Below, one piece after another: positions 41,653 to 54,703 of a stretch of DNA of 64,000 bases. The stretch is from Octopus sinensis (lineage: Eukaryota), in the NCBI RefSeq assembly GCF_006345805.1, contig NC_043002.1, positions 31,806,001 through 31,870,000 on the forward strand. The letters are read 5' to 3'. The position numbers and the translations under genes were made by a program. Within the stretch, counting starts at the first letter, position 1. The number at the start of each line of letters is the position of its first letter. The notes beneath the pieces are model-generated. The model was not told the DNA's origin and made no database searches. It saw only the letters and a program-made list of their open reading frames with translations.

Positions 41653-41718
41653 CTTATTTAACTATCTATATATGTATATCTATATCTATCTATCTATTTA
41701 TATCTATCTATCTATCTC

Positions 41719-41785
<67 letters not shown>

Positions 41786-41819
41786 CTCTCTCTCTCACTA
41801 TATATATATATACATATAT

Positions 41820-41982
41820 AGGCGCTGGCATGGTTGTGTGGTAAGAAACTTGCTTACCAACCACATGGTTTCGGGTTCAGCCCCACTACAAGGCACTTTG
41901 TGCAAGTGTCTTCTGCTATAGCCTCCGGCTTACCAAAGACTTGTGAGTGGATTTGGTAGACGGAAACTGAAAGAATCCCGTA

Positions 41983-41985
<3 letters not shown>
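41820..41985 (+). mobile_element. SINE family C 5' half
   Basis: GGCGCTGGCATGGTTGTGTGG...GGGTTCAGCCCC...GGAAACTGAAAGAA, ending in (TA)n. Confidence 0.85.
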
Positions 41986-42042
<57 letters not shown>

Positions 42043-42045
<3 letters not shown>

Positions 42046-42245
42046 GGTCCCGGGTTGATTCGGGGTTAACCACAGTAAATAAGGTACTCAATACATAGCA
42101 GAGTAAAATTAATTTATTATATAGAAGGAGCTTCTACAGGACTAGAACTGTTTCATTCAAGAGAAATCTTCAGAAAGTGCTTCCTGAAGATTTCTCTTGA
42201 ATGAAACAGTTCTAGTCCTGTAGAAGCTCCTTCTATATAATAAAT
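42043..42245. mobile_element. Small palindromic double-hammerhead element between (TA)n tracts
   Basis: Perfect arms 42112-42173 and 42184-42245 with a 10-nt loop. Confidence 0.85.
42179..42227 (+). ncRNA. Type-I hammerhead ribozyme (mirror copy on minus strand, 42130-42177)
   Basis: GCTTC CTGAAGA TTTCTCTTGAAT GAAACAG TTCTAGTC CTGTA GAAGC: 5-bp stem I, 4-bp stem III, GUA triplet; stem II short with a U-U first pair. Confidence 0.8.
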
Positions 42246-42251
42246 ATATAT

Positions 42252-42395
<144 letters not shown>

Positions 42396-43722
42396 TGCAT
42401 ACATACAAACATACATACGTAATTACATTATTACATATACTATTCTTAATTGAACACTACACGATGTCCAAAGAGAAAAGTTTACAAATTTGATATTGAA
42501 TAAAAAATTGGAAAAACTTTGTAGAGTGAGCTACAATGTGCGTTTAGAAATGATAAACTGTTATATATGTAGAGTATGAAGAAGAATGGAATAAACCACA
42601 CGAAGAAGAAATATTAGAACCTCCTGTAGATAATGCTTAGGTGTGAAATGCAAAAACTCTCTAACTAGAGTGCTGCAAAATCTTTAGCAGAATTTTAAAT
42701 CAATTTGAAAATGAGGAAATTATCAATGAATTGCTGCTGTGAATATTATACAATGGATATTGGATAAAGTTTTAAAGTATACAGTTTTTAGTAAAATAAT
42801 TAAAAAATATGGTTATATTTTATCTTTAATCGTGTCAGTCTTATGATTGCGCCTATGTGGGGACACTTCATGATGGTCATTATTATTATCTTTTTTTACT
42901 AAATAAACACATGCATTATTTATTCGCTCTTTACTTCAGCTTTAATATTGTTCCTATTTTAGTGTCCTATGTCCAAAATCTTTTGGCACACACTCTGTGG
43001 CTTCCTCATTGATTCTTTCACCCATGTATCATCTGTTTAGTCCAATTTCTTATGGCGATTCTCCATCCAACGTGTCTCTTGTTTTCTTTAGTCTATTCTC
43101 TCTTTCTAGAAAGACAGATAGGGCCAAACATAACAGAAGAAGTCGCGTAGGATGGAGAGTCGTTAAAGAGGTCACAGGAGATGTGATGGAATATTTTAGA
43201 CAAAGGACTCTAAATAAGAAGAATAATGAAGCTAAAGGGAAGAGAAAAGTACAACAGTAGTTGCCCCAGCCATTGTCCAGCTCTCCTAGGATTACTCTTA
43301 AAATACAGGACATTATTAAACCTTACACACATATATGGTTCACGTAACATAAGATCATCAAGCCTATAAGATACTTCTTCGATTCCTGTATGCCTTAGCC
43401 ACAAGCCCTTGAACCTAGATATACTCAACATGGATATCAATCAGGGGACTCATGTATACAGTATTCTGTTAGCAGATTGCAGTTTGCATTTAATAATATA
43501 ATTGTTAACGATTTTGGCAATTATTACATTTTATTATATACTTTTCCCCTCGAGAACAGTTTCCCGATATTTTTTTTAATTATTGGCTTTAGAATCTGCA
43601 ATTAATTTTCTTTCATTCTGTGTTTTGAAATCAGAAACGGATTCGTGTTCGGGATTTACTGCTTTATTCGATTTATTTTTAATATTTGTGCGTTTAACAA
43701 TGTAAAAAGTACATTTATATAT

Positions 43723-46700
43723 GATTGATTGATTGATTGATTGATTCTAGTTTCAGCTTATGAGCTGTGGCCATGCTGGGGCACCGCCATTTGGTGTTGC
43801 TACTTGGTTTCACTTCATGGAGGCTTTCTAGCAACTGCTATTTGGTGCATGAGAGAGTTCGATGCAGCTGCCCTCATCTGCCCCTCCTGCCGTGAAGTTG
43901 GTTCATCTGGGACACCTGACAGAAGAGATCCAGCTTCATTTTAAAGACATCTGTATCCACCCCATGCAGGTCTCTCAGGTTCTTCGGAGGATATTGAAGA
44001 GCTGTGGGCCACGGAAGCCCAGGCTATCACAGAATCTTGTCCTACATCTTGATGGCAGGTTTGGAGTCCTAGGCACCACGCAGTGGCGCCCAGTTCTGGC
44101 ATTTGCGTAACTCTCGATGCCAAAGTTCAGGACACTTCCCTCCAGGATCTTCCAGATGTATATTATGGCATATCTTTCCCGCCTACGCTCCAGGGAATAT
44201 AATTTTAATCTCTTGAGTCTTTCCCCAGTAGCTTACATTCTGCATAGAGGCTATCTTCTTTGTGTAGCTTCGTTGGGTCGCCTCAAGTTCTGTGATCAAC
44301 TTGACACTGGATGGTGACCATAGCTGAGAGCAATAGTCAAAGTGGCTTAGGACAAGTGTCTTCCAGAGGACCATCATGGTTTCTTGTTCTCTTGTTCTAA
44401 AGGTTCTAAGAATCCATCCAGCCAGCCGTCTACATTTCAGTGTCAGTTTAGCAACATGTACATGAAAGGTCGCGTCATCACTCATGTGAATACCCAGGTC
44501 ACACACTGATTGTGCCTCTGGGATTGCAATCCCTCCGGGTCCAGTGTATTCATTGGGTATTGCATTCAGTTTTGCATGCTGATAGTATAAAGCTTGAAAC
44601 TTTCCAGCATTGAACTGCATGCTATTCTTTTCAGCCCACTTGTATATTTCGTCCAGCTCACATTGCAGGTGTTTAGTGTCCTCAGGGTTCTGTATTGCCT
44701 GTGAAACTTTGTATCATCTGCATAACTTGTGATCGTGGCTCTCTGCGTGGCTGAGGGCATGTCTGAGAGGGCCATTATGAACAGTAGTGGTCCCAGAACA
44801 GTGCCCTGCGGAACACCGCTCACTATTTGTGTGTTAATGGAGGTGGCCCCATTGGCTACTACCACCTGACTTCTATCCTTCAGAAAGTCATGAAGCCATT
44901 CTCCCAGTTTTCCAACTATGTTGAGATCACGCAGTTTTGTGACATATCATTCCATGATCGACTTTATCAAAGGCCTTTGCAAAGTCGAGATATATCACTT
45001 CCACATTTGAGTGGTTGAGCAGCCGTTTCAGCACCCAGTCATAGTGTTGTAGGAGCTGAGTTAAACAGCTTCTCCCTGGTCGGAAACCATGTTGGGGTCG
45101 GGCAGCAAGTCATTCTCTTCAAGGAAGGTGATCAGCTTCCTTCTGACTATTCGTTCCATGACCTTGCTGATGTGTGAGGTCAGAGAGATAGGTCTATAGT
45201 TCTTGGCTTCCGCTCTGCTACCTCCTTTATGAATGGGGCATATTTTACCTTCCTTCAGTTTTCCTGGAAGTTTGCCAGCTGCAAGGAAGCTCTGAAAGAG
45301 GAACTGCAGTGGTCTTGCTAGGACTCTCTTAAATACTTTTAGGAGGATTGCCGGAATCCATCGGGGCCAGTAGCTGAGTCTGTTTTCATTTCATCTATAG
45401 CCTTGGTTACATCTTCTTCCTTTATATCGATGTAATCTATCGTCGCCGCCTCTGATTTTATATCTGCAGTGTTAAAAAAGTCAGTTGGATTGGTGATTTG
45501 GAGATGCCCAAGGGGTGGAGTGAAAACACTCTTGAATTGCTCATTCAGTATTTCACTTACCCTCATTGGTTTTCCTGTAAGTGTGCCATCCTTTTCGAGG
45601 AGTGGCCCTATTCTACAGTGCACTGTAGCTGTTTCTTTGGCATACCTGTAGAAAGCTCTGGGTTAGATTTTATGTTTTCTATAGCCCAGGCTTCTCTGTC
45701 TGCTCTTTCTTTTTCATGGGAGAGTTGCAGACATTTTTCGATTTCCAACAGTTTTATTTTAGGCGGGACTTTTCACTGCTTTCAATCTGTTTGTTTAGTC
45801 GATTTGAAAATTTCGTACGCCGTCTCATTAAAATTTTCCTCTCTCTGGGGTTTTGTTCTTGTGTACAGTGGCTTTTCTCTCTGGGACACATTTGTAGCAT
45901 ATGGCTTGCATACAGACATGAATTGTTGAAGTTTCACGTCGATGTCTGGCGAGGAGAGACATTTAGGCCAGTTTTGTTTGAGGATCTCTTTCTCAATTTG
46001 TTTCAGTTTGCCTTATGGTAGTTCAAGCTGGAAAGATTTTGAGGGTTTCTTGTAGGCTGCATGTCCGTGCTCTCTTTTGGCCCGTACATGGTCAGCTCTA
46101 TCATGTTGTGATCCGAGAGTAGTGTCGGTGTCACTTTCACATTATGGATGAGATCCATGTCATTTGTGAAGCAGAGATCCAGTGTGTTTCCTGCCCTGGT
46201 TGGTTGGAGTATTACCTGCTCCATGTACAGGGTGTTGATGAGGTTCAGGAGGGACCTCGCCTGTCCTCGTTCACATCTTGTCATTCCTGGGAGAGAAAGG
46301 CCCTCGGGCCATCTGACATTGGGCAGATTGAAGTCTCCCATAAGAAGCACACCTATGTGTTGTTCTAATGTGGTTAGAATTTCTTCTATTTTTATAAGGC
46401 AGTCTTCAAACTTGCCCACATGGCTTGGGGCATCTGGAGGGCGATATGTAGCACACACAACTAACTCAAGTTGCCTGATATGTACAATTAGTGTGTCACA
46501 CACCGAGTTTGAGTATGACAAGAGGACCTGGGGTGTGAGGTCCTCACGGATGTACATAGCAACACCTCCATGACTCCTTTCTTTCCTGTCGGTCCGTAGT
46601 ACAGCATACTGTGGTATGTGTAACTCCGCATCTGCTATGTCCGTTTCAGGTGCGTTTCTGTAATTGCTATGCATAAGGCTTGATTGCATGCAACAAAGTC

Positions 46701-47413
46701 TCTCAGGAACGGGATCTTTGTCCTGCTACTGAGTGTTTGCAGTCCTCTGATTTTCAGTAGGAGTATCGAGGTGAGGTGTACGTTGTTGCCGGCGGTGTCC
46801 ATCCTGTGTCTGTTTGCTGTGGTGGTCTGGTATATAGTGGGTAGTCCCACCTGCGGGCTTGGGTTTGATGAAGCCAGGTCAGCTGCTGTACAATCTTTTG
46901 TGCCATGCACAAAAAAGATTGTTGCTCAGCAGCTGCTCTTTCGACATCATGTTGGCTGTTGTGGCGCGCACAACATCTGCGTACCTCCGCTTTGGGCAGG
47001 TGGAGCGTGTGGTCCATCCCTTTTCTTTGTGTTGATGGTTTGTCCATCTGCCTCGTGTCTCTGTGGCAGGGTCCCCGATGTGCAAAGCGGCAGCCTGCAC
47101 CTTCCTTTCCATGCCAGCAGGAACTCTCAGGTAGAACATACACACCCGTGTGTGCTGTTTGGTTCCATCCTTTGCGGTTCCACTTCTATTTCTGGTTGTT
47201 TCATCTTTGGTCCTGCTTGAGCTTTTTCTTTTCCTTTAGCTCTTCCAGTCCTTCTTTTAGTTCTTCTTCCTCCCTCTACCTCTTCACCGGGTTCTCCGTC
47301 TCCATGGCCCTTGCTGCCGGTTGGAGAACTTGCACCTGGGTTCACTTCCCGGGCAGGTTTCTCATTCAAAACCTCATCCCGGGCGTCCACCAGGTGGGGG
47401 TGACTTCTTTCAT
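43723..47413 (-). mobile_element. Near-full-length CR1-group LINE: partial ORF1 with Cys/His-rich region, ORF2 APE endonuclease plus RT, (AATC)n tail
   Basis: APE motifs ITETHL, DRKERSHGGVA, YRPP, GDFNLP, LDLCFT, SDHN (46003-46900); RT motifs SGVPQGTVLGPLLF, YADD, MQFNAGK, DLGI, DYCSQLWSP (44183-45623); several frameshifts. Confidence 0.93.
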
Positions 47414-48239
47414 ATTTATATATATACATATATAAATACATTTCGTGAGCATTTGAAATCTATAAATATATTTTGCTTGCATTCGTAATTACAATTTCAT
47501 CCTTAATAAATTGAAACATCAACATTTTAAAATATCAGACAGTGTAACAGTACAATATTAATGCTTTCTTTAATGACTATAACTTTACCTTTTTTTATTT
47601 TTAAAACTAATGCAGCTATTTAAAATATATTCGTGTTCTATGTCAATTTAATTTATTATATAAATATATTTATGTAGCATTGGATTGTAATTCTTCATTA
47701 TTACTTTATACGCAAAAAAAAAAAAAACAGTATTTTATATTGTTTAACATAAATATTAATGTTTGCACGTTCTGAATTTGTGATGTTCAAAAGCATAAAA
47801 TCGAGAAACCTTCTTCACCAAAGAAGGAATGGAATAAAATGAAATAAAAGAGTAAATAAATAGATATATATTACGAAAAACGGCGTGTTATAATTAAAAG
47901 TTAGAAGTTAGGATTTTAAAATTCATCCTTTAAGGAATAAGTACTGTAAATTTTCAAATTTCCACTTTATATTTCAAGAAACAAGAATGAAAACAAAAAC
48001 AATACAAATAAAGTCTAAAACTTGTTTATAAAATCTAAACTTGTTTCAATGATACTAAAACAGCAATAATGCAACAATACAAATACTAAAATTGGAACAT
48101 AAATAAGTATCTGTCTGCAACATACACACATGTATATACATACATGCACAAACACGTGTATATATATATATATAATATATATATATATATTATATATATA
48201 TATATATAAATATATAAATATATATATATATATATCTAT

Positions 48240-48273
<34 letters not shown>

Positions 48274-49727
48274 ATATATATATATATTATATATATATAT
48301 ATTATATAATATATATATATATATATATATGATAGCGAAAGGGATTAATAAATCTAGGCAGGTATCTAGAAAGCACTCAGTGGTTAAGTGAACTTGGTTA
48401 ACTGCATGAAATAACTTGACATCAATAGATTCAAATAGAATTAACATCGAAGGTAATTCCTCGTGTATGATTAGTGAATCCAAATAGCGTTTAGAAGAAC
48501 TTCTAGAAAACTAGAATATATAACACTATTAACAAGAATAGAGTATATAACCCACTCTACGCAAGATAGTAATTTAGTTGGCATCTAACAGTATACATAG
48601 AGACTTTCTTGAAGTAGGCGGTAGATTATAGAGAAATAATGCTATTTTCATTATCCGCAGATCTCTCAAGTTAAATCTTGAAAGGTCACGAACAATATTT
48701 CTTTTTAATTCTATAAGCGTCCTCGCCCGTCTATTTCCATAGAAAATGAATATAGTAAGTTTAATTTCTTTGACGGTACTCTGGATTTAAGTACATGACT
48801 GTAACAGCCATATCATGAATGCATAAGTTATACAAATAAAAATTCTTATCCTCCTAGGATCTTCAATATTTCTATCGTTAAATATATTTCGAAGTTTTCC
48901 GCTAATGAGGATGTATTTACACGAAACGAAAAGTGTTATAACTACGCATTTTCTGGAACAAAAAAAAAAAAAGAATTAGTTTTCAACTACTTGTATTTTT
49001 CTATCACCAACTACTCTCTTAATGAGGTTGTTAATAAGTCGAAAAGTATTTCCCTTACTTTACACGGAAAACAATTCGTATGGTTTCTCGCAGAGTTAAA
49101 ATTTGGATTTAACTAAAATATATTTAGCTATAGTATACAGAAACACAACTTCATTGTTTGCTCCATTCTGTTGCAGTTTTCAATGAATCATTTTTCTTTA
49201 ATTTCAATTTAATTTACTTTCTTTGTTATTGCGATAGACCGCAATCTAAAATAACGCATCGGTTAGAATTATGTTATTTTGTATATTTCGTTTACATGTT
49301 TGTGCTAGAATGAATAATAGAGTTTCAAATGTCAAGAAAATTGATTACTCTCGAAATGAAAATTGAAATATAAAACAAAGTTTAAAATGGAAAGATAGTC
49401 CAGAAACTTCGAAGTAGTTTGTATGAATGACATAAATGTTGGAAAAATGGAGAGACATATAAAAAAAAAATTGGGTGAAAGACATCATACTGACACAGTA
49501 GCATTAGCCAAACAATGAGAAAAGTTCAATTTCTTTTTTTAATGAAACCCAATACAAGAATCCCTCGCTTTACGGAAGTAATACGTTCCCGAAACGCGAA
49601 ATTCCGTAATGCGAATTTTTGTTGTCCTATTGATTTTTGATATTATTGAGGAGAAATAAGAGGAAGCAAGAGGAAAACAAGATAGAACAAACCACACTAT
49701 CACCTGAAAATTAATATTTCTGAACAT

Positions 49728-50108
49728 AGGCGCAGGAGTGACTGTGTGGTAGGTAGCTTGGTTCCCAACCACATGGTTCTGGGTTCAATCCCACTGGGAT
49801 TGGGCAAGTGTCTTCTACTATAGCCTCGGGTCAACCAAAGCCTTGTGAGTAGATTTGTTATACAGAAACTGAAAGAAGCCCATCGTATATGTGTGTGTGT
49901 TTGTATTTGTCCCCCCACCATCGCTTGACAACGGATGTTGGTGTGTTAACGTTCCCGTAACTAAGCGGTTCGGCAAAAGATACCGATAGAATAAGAATTA
50001 GACTTACAAAGAATAAGTCCTGGGCTTGATTTGTTCCACTAAATGTGGTGCTCCAGCATGGCCGCAGTCAAATAACTCAATCAATTAAAAGAATGAAAGA
50101 ATAAGAAG
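49728..50108 (+). mobile_element. SINE family C, full length
   Basis: GGCGCAGGAGTGACTGTGTGG head to GGTGCTCCAGCATGGCCGCAGTC tail. Confidence 0.9.
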
Positions 50109-50439
50109 AATGCACGATACAATATAGATACATAAATACAAAAACATTTCAAGCGGAATAATTCAGGAGAATGAATAAGAATCGTAATATCATAACGGTA
50201 CATTTTTATCACAAAAGATGTTGAATACAGTAGAAAGGTGGTGATAGCATGAGCGTTAGCAGGAGGATGAAGGACAATATTTACTATCTTCTAGGGGTGT
50301 GAAGAACATATCCAAATTTCTTTGTTGTTTATGGTGCATCATCTATTTGTGAGCTCACTATAATATCCTGTTGTAAATTGTTGGCCTTTCTCTATGTATG
50401 CCAATCTTTTAGCAATAATTCTTATAGTCACTTAAAGTG

Positions 50440-51010
50440 GTGTAATTAGAACTTCCGTTGTCTCATCTATATTCATCTGTATTCTCAGCTTGTTCTTTCT
50501 CTATCAGCATCAGTCCCTCGTTAGATAAACGTTCTCTCTGAGACACTAGCATCTCACTCACATCATTCACTACGACTTCTTCAAAACCAACATCTTTTGC
50601 AAGTGTCACCTATCTTTCCGAATTTCATGTAGACTTTCTACTTGAAACTCGCTATTCAGATTTGAGCTTTTCCTTCCATCCCACGATTCAGCTATATTAT
50701 CCACAGTACCCATTAGGTTTAATTTCTTCCAGAATTCTCTAGCTGTAGGCTTATCTTCCTAGTTAATTGCTTTCTGAAGTTGTTTTGAAATTTCTTCGCC
50801 TTTGTCCATGAATTAAAGCAAAGAAGTTGTATTCTGGGGATATAGTCTACTTCACATTATCTGAAAGGCCCTCTGTCATCCATGCTTTCTTGTCTGAACA
50901 CCAAACCAGAGGTAGATTAAACTTTGTGTACCACTTGGATGCTCTTAGATTTTACTATCACCAGCGGCATTTCGTCCCAACAAAAGTGGCAGACAACTTT
51001 TGGAAGTTTT
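50440..51010 (-). mobile_element. Tigger/pogo transposase remnant
   Basis: Minus-strand fragments LLLGRNAAGD, LPLVWCSDKKAWMT, PTAREFWK, TLAKDVGFEEV..DVSEML..LSNEGL match Tigger DDE_1 and C-terminal motifs; possible TIR-like end at about 49554. Confidence 0.75.
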
Positions 51011-52084
51011 AAATACTGGTGTTGTTTTTTATACTCGAGAGAAAATCAAAGAGGCTATCAGACATGCGCTTCGGGAAAAGTTCAGTTTCATCAACATTGT
51101 ATACTTGCTCTGGTGTGTAGCCCCCTTCAGCAATCATATACTTCTACTGGCCACGACAATAACTAGGAGCTTCTGTATCAGTACTCGCAGTCATTATTAC
51201 GTTGTGCAAAGTCATACGCTTCTTAGAAGTTTCATCTTCCCTTTTCTGCAAATCGTCAAATAAACTTTAGGCTCTCTGTTTTGTATTACCGTATTCATCA
51301 TCATCATTAACACCACCATCATCTTCCTGTGGGTTTTACACAAATTGATCGGTGCCAGTCGAAAAAATTTTGAATCAGTAACAAACACTCGGCAGTTTCC
51401 TCCGTCACCTGAATAACTGCGGTGTTGAGACGTTTCCAATCCTTAATATATTTTTATGTATAATTGATTAAAAGAAACACTACATGCGTTAAGGCAAGCA
51501 GAGATATAACACAACTTTACGAGGATGAGTTTCTAATTAAAGAAACGTTTTAAGTATCGCAATAAATATATACAGTTTAGTTAAACCACATTTTACTTTT
51601 TTATCTCTAGCAGAGGTCAAACAGATGTGACTGGCTTCAACATTTCATATGGCTTCATCTGAAATCATGCATTAATCATCGTCCTGAACACACAAGGAAC
51701 TGTTGATAATGCCTTGATAATATCTACAAAGATTTTATAACGTAGATATAAATTTATTTGTCCTAGTTTCCATAAAAGTGCAATCGTTCGCTATGTGGAT
51801 TAATTAATCAATTAACAGATGTTCAACATTGTGTTTGGGCAAACTCAGTTGTAAGTTACCCACATGAACAAGCGTTAAAGATGTGCTTTGACCAGTCATA
51901 TTGTTCTTAACTACACTGCCAAAATGTGTTTACAGAAACCCAATTCACTTATGCTGAAGCTGAAATTGCTTATGTGTGTATGTATGAGCATTCGTGTGTA
52001 TGCATCTGAGCGCGATTGTATGTATATATTATATATATATATATATATTATATATATATATATATTATATATACATATATATAT

Positions 52085-52482
52085 GGGTGCAGGACTGGCT
52101 GTGTGGTAAATAGCCTGCTTACCAACCACATTTTCCTGGGCTCATTCCCACCACGTCGCACCTTGGGCAAATGTCTTCTAAAGTAGCTTCGGGCCGACCA
52201 AAGCCATATGAGTGGATTTGGTAGACGGAAACTGAAAGACGCCCGTCGTATATATGCATATATGTGTGTGTGTGTGTGTGTGTGTGTCTCTGGGTTTGTC
52301 TCCCCAACATCGCTTGACAACCGATTCTGGTGTATTTTCGTTCCCGTAACTTAGCGGTTCGGCAACAGATGCCGATAGACTAAGTACTAGGCATATAAAG
52401 AATAAGTCCTGGGCTCGAATTTCTCGACTAAAGGCAGTGCTCCAGTATGGCCGCGGTCAAATGACTGAAAACTTAAAAGAGT
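52085..52482 (+). mobile_element. SINE family C, full length
   Basis: Aligns end to end with 49728-50108. Confidence 0.9.
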
Positions 52483-52529
52483 TATATGTATGTATGTATA
52501 TATATCTATATATATATATAGTATAATTT

Positions 52530-53350
52530 ATGTGAATGAAAGAGAATAATCTTGTAGTAGATTAATCAAAAGTTTAAAACCGATACCTTAGTAGCAAAAT
52601 CACAGCAGTGAACAGCACCGGTTGGAAAGGTAAACCATCTGGCGTTGCAACCGTGCGTTGGTGCGGATAATTGAAATTAAAACATTATTGGTGAATTGAA
52701 GAAATGGACTGAACGCAGATTGAACAGAAATCGTTTTATTTCATTCTACACGTGTTTCGAAAGGCACAATTACCAAATCCGATTGATATGGGCCATATTG
52801 TGTCTTTCTCTTCAGGAGAAAAAAGGAAATCCGTTGGAAAACAAACCAGAACAAAGAGGCAGAGCAAAAACAATCGAACTGTGCTCCTAAGAGCCCATGG
52901 CGAAACTGTTTATCAGTGTTGTTTGAGAACCGGTGGCTGAAAATAACAACGGGTCAGGCATCGGTCAATCATGGGGTGAGGGTGTATAGATGTTCTTTGT
53001 GGACCGAGAAAGAAAGTTCTCGGTCACAAAGAACATCTATACACCCTCACCCACATGATTGACCGATGCCTGACTGTTGAATTCTTCAGCCACCGGTTCT
53101 CAACATACACTGATAAACAGTTTCGCCATGGGCTCTTAGGAGCACGTTCGATTTGTTTTTTGCTCTGCCTCTGTTCTGTTTTTGTTTTTCCAACGGATTT
53201 CCTTTTTTCTTCCTAAGAGAAAGACACAATAGGTCCCATTATTCAATCGGATTTGGTAATTTGTGCCTTTCGAAACACGTGTAGAATGAAATAAAACGAT
53301 TTCTGTTCATCTGCGTTCAGCTCCATTTCTTCAATTCACCAATAATGTTA
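52530..53350. mobile_element. Large palindromic hammerhead-bearing element between (TA)n tracts
   Basis: Inverted arms 52681-53010 and 53017-53349 (about 330 bp) with a 6-nt loop; arms differ mainly by 1-nt indels. Confidence 0.85.
52744..52820 (-). ncRNA. Type-I hammerhead ribozyme (mirror copy with damaged core on plus strand, 53208-53288)
   Basis: Minus strand reads CTGAAGA GAAAGACACAAT...ATTGTGCCTTTC GAAAC ACGT GTA GAA: long stem II, palindromic stem III ACACGTGT, GUA triplet; stem I weak (2-3 bp). Confidence 0.75.
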
Positions 53351-53615
53351 TAGTATATATATTATATATATATATAATATTAATTAAGGGTAGAAAGGAT
53401 TATTTACATTAAGACCAGTGGTCTAGATATTAAAAAGAATCCGAAGATTAAAATATTTATATATACCAATTAAGGACTGACACGAAAAGTGGACAGTCAC
53501 ATGCTAGATATCGACGTCAAATCGCCATTACCACAAAAGTTATGTTTCTCAGATCAAACTCAACACAAAACCATAGCAATAAACAAGTGAAAAATATACG
53601 AAATAAAATAATTAC

Positions 53616-53680
53616 CCATGTACTAATTAGTTTTCAGCTGTTATTTTCCGCAAGGAAAACTGCAGCCATCATCAGCATGG
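53616..53680 (-). ncRNA. Type-I hammerhead ribozyme (mirror of 54426-54490)
   Basis: CCATG CTGATGA...CAGCT GAAAACTAATTAGTA CATGG; one extra A in the GAAA run. Confidence 0.75.
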
Positions 53681-54425
53681 TCCGTTATAAATGTAAATTG
53701 CTGGACTAGATGCAAACACGATACCGAAATATCGCGTGCATGGAGTTCACCTATTACATTTGAATATATCTTCAAATGCCTTTACTTTGCGCGTTGGAAC
53801 CCGAGAAAACTAGCTTGCAGCTAATAATTAGCAGCAGTTAATTTATCGGTTAGAGAACATATTTATTTATATAAAATTAATTAAAGTAAAATTGATATTA
53901 TCAATTAGACCAGTGGCTAGAATATTAATTAAAAAAGATCCGAAAATTTAAAATATTTATATATACCAATTAAGGACTGAACACGAAAAGTGGACAGTCA
54001 ACATGCTAGATATAGACGTCAATCGCCATTCACCACAAAGATATGTTCAGCTATTACATTTGAATATATCTTTCAAATGCTTTACTTTGGCGCGTTGGAA
54101 CCCGAGAAAACTAGCTTGCAGCTAATATTAGCAGCAGTTAATTTATCGGTTACAGAACATATTTATATAAAATTAATTAAGGGTAGAAATTGATATTTAT
54201 CAATTAAGACCAGTGGTCTAGCATATTAAAAAAGAATCCGAAGATTAAAATATTTATATATACCAATTAAGCTAATTATTAGCTGCAAGCTAGTTTTCTC
54301 GGGTTCCAACGCGCCAAGGTAAAGGCATTTGAAAGATATATTCAAATGTAATAGGCTGAACTCCATGCACGCGATATTTCGGTATCGTGTTTGCATCTAG
54401 TCCAGCAAATTACATTTATAACGGA

Positions 54426-54490
54426 CCATGCTGATGATGGCTGCAGTTTTCCTTGCGGAAAATAACAGCTGAAACTAATTTAGTACATGG
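54426..54490 (+). ncRNA. Complete type-I hammerhead ribozyme
   Basis: CCATG CTGATGA T GGCTG cag TTTTCC ttgc GGAAAA taa CAGCT GAAACTA ATT TAGTA CATGG: 5-bp stem I, bipartite stem II, 4-bp stem III, GUA at 54483-54485. Confidence 0.92.
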
Positions 54491-54640
54491 GTAATTATTT
54501 TTTTTCGTATATTTTCACTTGTTTATTGCTATGGTTTTGTGTTGAGTTTGATCTGAGAACATAATCTTTTGTGGTGAATGGCGATTTGACGTCTATATCT
54601 AGCATGTTGACTGTCCACTTTTCGTGTTCAGTCCTTAATT

Positions 54641-54703
<63 letters not shown>

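Larger units (their letters stand above)
53378..54645. mobile_element. Tandem-plus-inverted array of a ~500-bp hammerhead-bearing monomer
   Basis: Segment AATTAAGGGTAGAAA...CCAATTAAG recurs at about 53380, 53880 and 54175; 54271-54645 is the reverse complement of about 53460-53832. Confidence 0.85.

Noticed and set aside
43055-43165. 17-bp imperfect inverted repeat with RTE-like NRRSRVGW
   Set aside because: Too short and diverged to call an element
48330-48800. Another (TA)n-adjacent PLE-like tail
   Set aside because: Context is similar but no hammerhead core or convincing protein motif was found
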